In this document: positions 53,349 through 64,000 of the stretch, piece by piece | Numbering within the stretch: the stretch's first letter is position 1 | Layout of the letters: every line of letters begins with the position of its first letter | Source of the DNA: Auanema rhodensis | Lineage: Eukaryota; Animalia; Nematoda | Assembly: GCA_964057225.1 (NCBI GenBank) | Contig: OZ059898.1 | Location: 17,112,001 to 17,176,000, forward strand | DNA: 64,000 nucleotides | Direction of reading: 5' to 3' | Program-made: the position numbers and the translations under genes | The notes under the pieces: generated by a model | What the model was told of the DNA's origin: nothing | Seen by the model: the letters and a program-made list of their open reading frames with translations, nothing else | Database searches by the model: none

Positions 53349-56300
53349 CGTTTCTCAATGTAGTATAGTGCATTTAATGCGGATTTTTAAGCTGCGTCGA
53401 TCTGTGTTATCAAATTTGCGCTAGCTTAAAAATGCACCGAGATATCAACTGGTATAAGTTCACACTTATATCCTCGATTTTCACCCTGAAGAAATAATTT
53501 TTTCGTTGAATAACATTGTCCATCGTCTTTGCCTTGAAAAAAGGAATCTAAAAACATCTACTTTTTGCTAAATTATTCTGAAATTTTTCGAAAAAATTTT
53601 TGTCAAAATGTTTTTGGAAGCAATGTTGAGTGTACATGGAAACTCAACATACACTAATGCATCATTTTTCAAACGATCATAACTAATTTTTGTATTAAGC
53701 GTTTCTCAATGTAGTATAGTGCATTCGATGCGGATTTTTAAACTGCGTCGATCTGTGTTATCAGATTTGCGCTAGCTTAAAAATGCACCGAGATATCAAC
53801 TGATATAAGTTCACACTTATATCCTCGATTTTCACCCTGAAGAATTATTTTTTTCGTTGAATAACATTGTCCATCGTCTTTGCCTTGAAAAAAGGAATCT
53901 AAAAACATCTACTTTTTGCTAAATTATTCTGAAATTTTTCGAAAAAATTTTTGTCAAAATGTTTTTGGAAGCAATGTTGAGTGTACATGGAAACTCAACA
54001 TACACTAATGCATCATTTTTCAAACGATCATAACTAATTTTTGTATTAAGCGTTTCTCAATGTAGTATAGTGCATTCGATGCGGATTTTTAAACTGCGTC
54101 GATCTGTGTTATCAGATTTGCGCTAGCTTAAAAATGCACCGAGATATCAACTGATATAAGTTCACACTTATATCCCCGATTTTCACCCTGAAGAATTAAT
54201 TTTTTCGTTGAATAACATTGTCCATCGTCTTTGCCTTGAAAAAAGGAATCTAAAAACATCTACTTTTTGCTAAATTATTCTGAAATGTTTCGAAAAAATT
54301 TTTGTCAAAATGTTTTTGGAAGCAATTTTGAGTGTACATGGAAACTCAACATACACTAATGCATCATTTTTCAAACGATCATAACTAATTTTTGTATTAA
54401 GCGTTTCTCAATGTAGTATAGTGCATTTGATGCGGATTTTTAAACTGCGTCGATCTGTGTTATCAGATTTGCGCTCGCTTAAAAATGCACCGAGATATCA
54501 ACTGATATAAGTTCACACTTATATCCTCGATTTTCACCCTGAAGAATTATTTTTTTCGTTGAATAACATTGTCCATCGTCTTTGCCTTGAAAAAAGGAAT
54601 CTAAAAACATCTACTTTTTGCTAAATTATTCTGAAATTTTTCGAAAAAATTTTTGTCAAAATGTTTTTGGAAGCAATGTTGAGTGTACATGGAAACTCAA
54701 CATACACTAATGCATCATTTTTCAAACGATCATAACTAATTTTTGTATTAAGCGTTTCTCAATGTAGTATAGTGCATTCGATGCGGATTTTTAAACTGCG
54801 TCGATCTGTGTTATCAGATTTGCGCTAGCTTAAAAATGCACCGAGATATCAACTGATATAAGTTCACACTTATATCCTCGATTTTCACCCTGAAGAATTA
54901 TTTTTTTCGTTGAATAACATTGTCCATCGTCTTTGCCTTGAAAAAAGGAATCTAAAAACATCTACTTTTTGCTAAATTATTCTGAAATTTTTCGAAAAAA
55001 TTTTTGTCAAAATGTTTTTGGAAGCAATGTTGAGTGTACATGGAAACTCAACATACACTAATGCATCATTTTTCAAACGATCATAACTAATTTTTGTATT
55101 AAGCGTTTCTCAATGTAGTATAGTGCATTTGATGCGGATTTTTAAGCTGCGTCGATCTGTGTTATCAAATTTGCGCTAGCTTAAAAATGCACCGAGATAT
55201 CAACTGGTATAAGTTCACACTTATATCCTCGATTTTCACCCTGAAGAAATAATTTTTTCGTTGAATAACATTGTCCATCGTCTTTGCCTTGAAAAAAGGA
55301 ATCTAAAAACATCTACTTTTTGCTAAATTATTCTGAAATTTTTCGAAAAAATTTTTGTCAAAATGTTTTTGGAAGCAATGTTGAGTGTACATGGAAACTC
55401 AACATACACTAATGCATCATTTTTCAAACGATCATAACTAATTTTTGTATTAAGCGTTTCTCAATGTAGTATAGTGCATTTGATGCGGATTTTTAAGCTG
55501 CGTCGATCTGTGTTATCAAATTTGCGCTAGCTTAAAAATGCACCGAGATATCAACTGGTATAAGTTCACACTTATATCCTCGATTTTCACCCTGAAGAAA
55601 TAATTTTTTCGTTGAATAACATTGTCCATCGTCTTTGCCTTGAAAAAAGGAATCTAAAAACATCTACTTTTTGCTAAATTATTCTGAAATTTTTCGAAAA
55701 AATTTTTGTCAAAATGTTTTTGGAAGCAATGTTGAGTGTACATGGAAACTCAACATACACTAATGCATCATTTTTCAAACGATCATAACTAATTTTTGTA
55801 TTAAGCGTTTCTCAATGTAGTATAGTGCATTCGATGCGGATTTTTAAACTGCGTCGATCTGTGGTATCAGATTTGCGCTAGCTTAAAAATGCACCGAGAT
55901 ATCAACTGATATAAGTTCACACTTATATCCTCGATTTTCACCCTGAAGAAATAATTTTTTCGTTGAATAACATTGTCCATCGTCTTTGCCTTGAAAAAAG
56001 GAATCTAAAAACATCTACTTTTTGCTAAATTATTCTGAAATTTTTCGAAAAAATTTTTGTCAAAATGTTTTTGGAAGCAATTTTGAGTGTACATGGAAAC
56101 TCAACATACACTAATGCATCATTTTTCAAACGATCATAACTAATTTTTGTATTAAGCGTTTCTCAATGTAGTATAGTGCATTTGATGCGGATTTTCAAGC
56201 TGCGTCGATCTGTGTTATCAAATTTGCGCTAGCTTAAAAATGCACCGAGATATCAACTGGTATAAGTTCACACTTATATCCTCGATTTTCACCCTGAAGA

Positions 56301-59300
56301 AATAATTTTTTCGTTGAATAACATTGTCCATCGTCTTTGCCTTGAAAAAAGGAATCTAAAAACATCTACTTTTTGCTAAATTATTCTGAAATTTTTCGAA
56401 AAAATTTTTGTCAAAATGTTTTTGGAAGCAATGTTGAGTGTACATGGAAACTCAACATACACTAATGCATCATTTTTCAAACGATCATAACTAATTTTTG
56501 TATTAAGCGTTTCTCAATGTAGTATAGTGCATTTGATGCGGATTTTTAAGCTGCGTCGATCTGTGTTATCAAATTTGCGCTAGCTTAAAAATGCACCGAG
56601 ATATCAACTGGTATAAGTTCACACTTATATCCTCGCTTTTCACCCTGAAGAAATAATTTTTTCGTTGAATAACATTGTCCATCGTCTTTGCCTTGAAAAA
56701 AGGAATCTAAAAACATCTACTTTTTGCTAAATTATTCTGAAATTTTTCGAAAAAATTTTTGTCAAAATGTTTTTGGAAGCAATGTTGAGTGTACATGGAA
56801 ACTCAACATACACTAATGCATCATTTTTCAAACGATCATAACTAATTTTTGTATTAAGCGTTTCTCAATGTAGTATAGTGCATTTGATGCGGATTTTTAA
56901 GCTGCGTCGATCTGTGTTATCAAATTTGCGCTAGCTTAAAAATGCACCGAGATATCAACTGGTATAAGTTCACACTTATATCCTCGCTTTTCACCCTGAA
57001 GAAATAATTTTTTCGTTGAATAACATTGTCCATCGTCTTTGCCTTGAAAAAAGGAATCTAAAAACATCTACTTTTTGCTAAATTATTCTGAAATTTTTCG
57101 AAAAAATTTTTGTCAAAATGTTTTTGGAAGCAATGTTGAGTGTACATGGAAACTCAACATACACTAATGCATCATTTTTCAAACGATCATAACTAATTTT
57201 TGTATTAAGCGTTTCTCAATGTAGTATAGTGCATTCGATGCGGATTTTTAAACTGCGTCGATCTGTGTTATCAGATTTGCGCTAGCTTAAAAATGCACCG
57301 AGATATCAACTGATATAAGTTCACACTTATATCCTCGATTTTCACCCTGAAGAAATAATTTTTTCGTTGAATAACATTGTCCATCGTCTTTTCCTTGAAA
57401 AAAGGAATCTAAAAACATCTACTTTTTGCTAAATTATTCTGAAATTTTTCGAAAAAATTTTTGTCAAAATGTTTTTGGAAGCAATTTTGAGTGTACATGG
57501 AAACTCAACATACACTAATGCATCATTTTTCAAACGATCATAACTAATTTTTGTATTAAGCGTTTCTCAATGTAGTATAGTGCATTTGATGCGGATTTTT
57601 AAGCTGCGTCGATCTGTGTTATCAAATTTGCGCTAGCTTAAAAATGCACCGAGATATCAACTGGTATAAGTTCACACTTATATCCTCGATTTTCACCCTG
57701 AAGAAATAATTTTTTCGTTGAATAACATTGTCCATCGTCTTTGCCTTGAAAAAAGGAATCTAAAAACATCTACTTTTTGCTAAATTATTCTGAAATTTTT
57801 CGAAAAAATTTTTGTCAAAATGTTTTTGGAAGCAATGTTGAGTGTACATGGAAACTCAACGTACACTAATGCATCATTTTTCAAACGATCATAACTAATT
57901 TTTGTATTAAGCGTTTCTCAATGTAGTATAGTGCATTCGATGCGAATTTTTAAACTGCGTCGATCTGTGTTATCAGATTTGCGCTAGCTTAAAAATGCAC
58001 CGAGATATCAACTGATATAAGTTCACACTTATATCCTCGATTTTCACCCTGAAGAAATAATTTTTTCGTTGAATAACATTGTCCATCGTCTTTGCCTTGA
58101 AAAAAGGAATCTAAAAACATCTACTTTTTGCTAAATTATTCTGAAATTTTTCGAAAAAATTTTTGTCAAAATGTTTTTGGAAGCAATTTTGAGTGTACAT
58201 GGAAACTCAACATACACTAATGCATCATTTTTCAAACGATCATAACTAATTTTTGTATTAAGCGTTTCTCAATGTAGTATAGTGCATTTGATGCGGATTT
58301 TTAAGCTGCGTCGATCTGTGTTATCAAATTTGCGCTAGCTTAAAAATGCACCGAGATATCAACTGGTATAAGTTCACACTTATATCCTCGATTTTCACCC
58401 TGAAGAAATAATTTTTTCGTTGAATAACATTGTCCATCGTCTTTGCCTTGAAAAAAGGAATCTAAAAACATCTACTTTTTGCTAAATTATTTTGAAGTTT
58501 TTCGAAAAAATTTTTGTCAAAATGTTTTTGGAAGCAATGTTGAGTGTACATGGAAACTCAACATACACTAATGCATCATTTTTCAAACGATCATAACTAA
58601 TTTTTGTATTAAGCGTTTCTCAATGTAGTATAGTGCATTCGATGCGGATTTTCAAGCTGCGTCGATCTGTGTTATCAGATTTGCGCTAGCTTAAAAATGC
58701 ACCGAGATATCAACTGATATAAGTTCAAACTTATATCCTCGATTTTCACCCTGAAGAAATAATTTTTTCGTTGAATAACATTGTCCATCGTCTTTGCCTT
58801 GAAAAAAGGAATCTAAAAACATCTACTTTTTGCTAAATTATTTTGAAGTTTTTCGAAAAAATTTTTGTCAAAATGTTTTTGGAAGCAATGTTGAGTGTAC
58901 ATGGAAACTCAACATACACTAATGCATCATTTTTCAAACGATCATAACAAATTTTTGTATTAAGCGTTTCTCAATGTAGTATAGTGCATTCGATGCGGAT
59001 TTTTAAACTGCGTCGATCTGTGTTATCAGATTTGCGCTAGCTTAAAAATGCACCGAGATATCAACTGATATAAGTTCACACTTATATCCTCGATTTTCAC
59101 CCTGAAGAATTATTTTTTTCGTTGAATAACATTGTCCATCGTCTTTGCCTTGAAAAAAGGAATCTAAAAACATCTACTTTTTGCTAAATTATTCTGAAAT
59201 TTTTCGAAAAAATTTTTGTCAAAATGTTTTTGGAAGCAATTTTGAGTGTACATGGAAACTCAACATACACTAATGCATCATTTTTCAAACGATCATAACT

Positions 59301-60017
59301 AATTTTTGTATTAAGCGTTTCTCAATGTAGTATAGTGCATTTGATGCGGATTTTTAAGCTGCGTCGATCTGTGTTATCAAATTTGCGCTAGCTTAAAAAT
59401 GCACCGAGATATCAACTGGTATAAGTTCACACTTATATCCTCGATTTTCACCCTGAAGAATTATTTTTTTCGTTGAATAACATTGTCCATCGTCTTTGCC
59501 TTGAAAAAAGGAATCTAAAAACATCTACTTTTTGCTAAATTATTCTGAAATTTTTCGAAAAAATTTTTGTCAAAATGTTTTTGGAAGCAATTTTGAGTGT
59601 ACATGGAAACTCAACATACACTAATGCATCATTTTTCAAACGATCATAACTAATTTTTGTATTAAGCGTTTCTCAATGTAGTATAGTGCATTTGATGCGG
59701 ATTTTTAAGCTGCGTCGATCTGTGTTATCACATTTGCGCTAGCTTAAAAATGCACCGAGATATGAACTGGTATAAGTTCACACTTATATCCTCGATTTTC
59801 ACCCTGAAGAATTATTTTTTTCGTTGAATAACATTGTCCATCGTCTTTGCCTTGAAAAAAGGAATCTAAAAACATCTACTTTTTGCTAAATTATTCTGAA
59901 ATTTTTCGAAAAAATTTTTGTCAAAATGTTTTTGGAAGCAATGTTGAGTGTACATGGAAACTCAACATACACTAATGCATCATTTTTCAAACGATCATAA
60001 CTAATTTTTGTATTAAG

Positions 60018-63000
60018 CGTTTCTCAATGTAGTATAGTGCATTCGATGCGGATTTTTAAACTGCGTCGATCTGTGTTATCAGATTTGCGCTAGCTTAAAA
60101 ATGCACCGAGATATGAACTGATATAAGTTCACACTTATATCCTCGATTTTCACCCTGAAGAATTATTTTTTTTGTTGAATAACATTGTCCATCGTCTTTG
60201 CCTTGAAAAAAGGAATCTAAAGACATCTACTTTTTGCTAAATTATTCTGAAATTTTTCGAAAAAATTTTTGTCAAAATGTTTTTGGAAGCAATGTTGAGT
60301 GTACATGGAAACTCAACATACACTAATGCATCATTTTTCAAACGATCATAACTAATTTTTGTATTAAGCGTTTCTCAATGTAGTATAGTGCATTCGATGC
60401 GGATTTTTAAACTGCGTCGATCTGTGTTATCAAATTTGCGCTAGCTTAAAAATGCACCGAGATATCAACTGGTATAAGTTCACACTTATATCCTCGATTT
60501 TCACCCTGAAGAAATGATTTTTTCGTTGAATAACATTGTCCATCGTCTTTGCCTTGAAAAAAGGAATCTAAAAACATCTACTTTTTGCTAAATTATTCTG
60601 AAATTTTTCGAAAAAATTTTTGTCAAAATGTTTTTGGAAGCAATGTTGAGTGTACATGGAAACTCAACATACACTAATGCATCATTTTTCAAACGATCAT
60701 AACTAATTTTTGTATTAAGCGTTTCTCAATGTAGTATAGTGCATTCGATGCGGATTTTTAAACTGCGTCGATCTGTGTTATCAAATTTGCGCTAGCTTAA
60801 AAATGCACCGAGATATCAACTGGTATAAGTTCACACTTATATCCTCGATTTTCACCCTGAAGAAATGATTTTTTCGTTGAATAACATTGTCCATCGTCTT
60901 TGCCTTGAAAAAAGGAATCTAAAAACATCTACTTTTTGCTAAATTATTCTGAAATTTTTCGAAAAAATTTTTGTCAAAATGTTTTTGGAAGCAATGTTGA
61001 GTGTACATGGAAACTCAACATACACTAATGCATCATTTTTCAAACGATCATAACTAATTTTTGTATTAAGCGTTTCTCAATGTAGTATAGTGCTTTTGAT
61101 GCGGATTTTTAAGCTGCGTCGATCTGTGTTATCAGATTTGCGCTAGCTTAAAAATGCACCGAGATATGAACTGATATAAGTTCACACTTATATCCTCGAT
61201 TTTCACCCTGAAGAATTATTTTTTTCGTTGAATAACATTGTCCATCGTCTTTGCCTTAAAAAAGGAATCTAAAAACATCTACTTTTTGCTAAATTATTCT
61301 GAAATTTTTCGAAAAAATTTTTGTCAAAATGTTTTTGGAAGCAATGTTGAGTGTACATGGAAACTCAACATACACTAATGCATCATTTTTCAAACGATCA
61401 TAACTAATTTTTGTATTAAGCGTTTCTCAATGTAGTATAGTGCATTCGATGCGGATTTTTAAACTGCGTCGATCTGTGTTATCACATTTGCGCTAGCTTA
61501 AAAATGCACCGAGATATGAACTGATATAAGTTCACACTTATATCCTCGCTTTTCACCCTGAAGAAATAATTTTTTCGTTGAATAACATTGTCCATCGTCT
61601 TTGCCTTGAAAAAAGGAATCTAAAAACATCTACTTTTTGCTAAATTATTCTGAAATTTTTCGAAAAAATTTTTGTCAAAATGTTTTTGGAAGCAATTTTG
61701 AGTGTACATGGAAACTCAACATACACTAATGCATCATTTTTCAAACGATCATAACTAATTTTTGTATTAAGCGTTTCTCAATGTAGTATAGTGCATTCGA
61801 TGCGGATTTTTAAACTGCGTCGATCTGTGTTATCAGATTTGCGCTAGCTTAAAAATGCACCGAGATATGAACTGATATAAGTTCACACTTATATCCTCGA
61901 TTTTCACCCTGAAGAATTATTTTTTTCGTTGAATAACATTGTCCATCGTCTTTGCCTTGAAAAAAGGAATCTAAAAACATCTACTTTTTGCTAAATTATT
62001 CTGAAATTTTTCGAAAAAATTTTTGTCAAAATGTTTTTGGAAGCAATGTTGAGTGTACATGGAAACTCAACATACACTAATGCATCATTTTTCAAACGAT
62101 CATAACTAATTTTTGTATTAAGCGTTTCTCAATGTAGTATAGTGCATTCGATGCGGATTTTTAAACTGCGTCGATCTGTGTTATCAGATTTGCGCTAGCT
62201 TAAAAATGCACCGAGATATGAACTGATATAAGTTCACACTTATATCCTCGATTTTCACCCTGAAGAATTATTTTTTTCGTTGAATAACATTGTCCATCGT
62301 CTTTGCCTTGAAAAAAGGAATCTAAAGACATCTACTTTTTGCTAAATTATTCTGAAATTTTTCGAAAAAATTTTTGTCAAAATGTTTTTGGAAGCAATGT
62401 TGAGTGTACATGGAAACTCAACATACACTAATGCATCATTTTTCAAACGATCATAACTAATTTTTGTATTAAGCGTTTCTCAATGTAGTATAGTGCATTC
62501 GATGCGGATTTTTAAACTGCGTCGATCTGTGTTATCAAATTTGCGCTAGCTTAAAAATGCACCGAGATATCAACTGGTATAAGTTCACACTTATATCCTC
62601 GATTTTCACCCTGAAGAAATGATTTTTTCGTTGAATAACATTGTCCATCGTCTTTGCCTTGAAAAAAGGAATCTAAAAACATCTACTTTTTGCTAAATTA
62701 TTCTGAAATTTTTCGAAAAAATTTTTGTCAAAATGTTTTTGGAAGCAATGTTGAGTGTACATGGAAACTCAACATACACTAATGCATCATTTTTCAAACG
62801 ATCATAACTAATTTTTGTATTAAGCGTTTCTCAATGTAGTATAGTGCATTCGATGCGGATTTTTAAACTGCGTCGATCTGTGTTATCAAATTTGCGCTAG
62901 CTTAAAAATGCACCGAGATATCAACTGGTATAAGTTCACACTTATATCCTCGATTTTCACCCTGAAGAAATGATTTTTTCGTTGAATAACATTGTCCATC

Positions 63001-63526
63001 GTCTTTGCCTTGAAAAAAGGAATCTAAAAACATCTACTTTTTGCTAAATTATTCTGAAATTTTTCGAAAAAATTTTTGTCAAAATGTTTTTGGAAGCAAT
63101 GTTGAGTGTACATGGAAACTCAACATACACTAATGCATCATTTTTCAAACGATCATAACTAATTTTTGTATTAAGCGTTTCTCAATGTAGTATAGTGCTT
63201 TTGATGCGGATTTTTAAGCTGCGTCGATCTGTGTTATCAGATTTGCGCTAGCTTAAAAATGCACCGAGATATCAACTGATATAAGTTCACACTTATATCC
63301 TCGATTTTCACCCTGAAGAAATAATTTTTTCGTTGAATAACATTGTCCATCGTCTTTGCCTTGAAAAAAGGAATCTAAAAACATCTACTTTTTGCTAAAT
63401 TATTCTGAAATTTTTCGAAAAAATTTTTGTCAAAATGTTTTTGGAAGCAATTTTGAGTGTACATGGAAACTCAACATACACTAATGCATCATTTTTCAAA
63501 CGATCATAACTAATTTTTGTATTAAG
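60018..63526. repeat. 4-monomer block repeated at 6-monomer spacing (period 2105 bp; M172-175 / M178-181)
   Basis: Shared markers are taaaGacatc (M172/M178), gaaatGatt in two consecutive monomers (M173-174/M179-180) and gtgcTttt (M175/M181). Confidence 0.85.
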
Positions 63527-64000
63527 CGTTTCTCAATGTAGTATAGTGCATTTGATGCGGATTTTTAAGCTGCGTCGATCTGTGTTATCAAATTTGCGCT
63601 AGCTTAAAAATGCACCGAGATATCAACTGGTATAAGTTCACACTTATATCCTCGATTTTCACCCTGAAGAAATAATTTTTTCGTTGAATAACATTGTCCA
63701 TCGTCTTTGCCTTGAAAAAAGGAATCTAAAGACATCTACTTTTTGCTAAATTATTCTGAAATTTTTCGAAAAAATTTTTGTCAAAATGTTTTTGGAAGCA
63801 ATGTTGAGTGTACATGGAAACTCAACATACACTAATGCATCATTTTTCAAACGATCATAACTAATTTTTGTATTAAGCGTTTCTCAATGTAGTATAGTGC
63901 ATTCGATGCGGATTTTTAAACTGCGTCGATCTGTGTTATCAAATTTGCGCTAGCTTAAAAATGCACCGAGATATCAACTGGTATAAGTTCACACTTATAT

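Larger units (their letters stand above)
1..64000. repeat. Tandem satellite DNA array, ~351-bp AT-rich monomer, 182 full copies + 123-bp partial, single orientation, extends beyond both window edges
   Basis: The motif cgtttctcaatgtagtatagtgca recurs at 1, 352, 703, 1054, 1405 ... 32641 ... 63527, 63878. Spacing is 351 bp except for 352-bp copies (M5 1405, M58 20003, M65 22461), 349-bp copies (M7 2108, M9 2808, M12 3859) and 350-bp copies (M105 36502, M175 61071). No non-repeat sequence was seen anywhere. Confidence 0.99.

Noticed and set aside
1-64000. CRISPR array or spacer-like variable cassette
   Set aside because: There are no unique spacers. The entire unit is repeated and varies only by SNPs and 1-bp indels.

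Overview
The whole 64 kb window is one uninterrupted head-to-tail satellite DNA array. It contains 182 complete monomers of about 351 bp plus a 123-bp partial copy starting at 63878. Monomer 1 is about 69% AT by hand count, and copies differ at only a few sites. I found no genes, RNA genes, transposon insertions, CRISPR spacers or strand inversions. The monomer has stop codons in all six frames. It looks like eukaryotic (peri)centromeric or heterochromatic satellite, probably from an invertebrate because CpG is not depleted, but I cannot name the family. The structure worth noting is at two scales. (1) Within the monomer, four dyad or hairpin elements cover about 38% of its length, including a 51-nt imperfect fold-back and a 28-bp dyad. 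(2) Across the array, shared SNPs and indels record nested amplification: two interleaved monomer classes, local 1-, 2-, 4-, 5-, 6-, 7-, 8- and 16-mer duplications, an older duplication of about 13-14 kb, and a rare haplotype tract repeated about 40 kb away. I do not see evidence for a novel coding system. Monomers are numbered M1-M183 from position 1 (M1=1, M2=352, and so on), and 'pos' means position within a monomer. All typing was done by eye.
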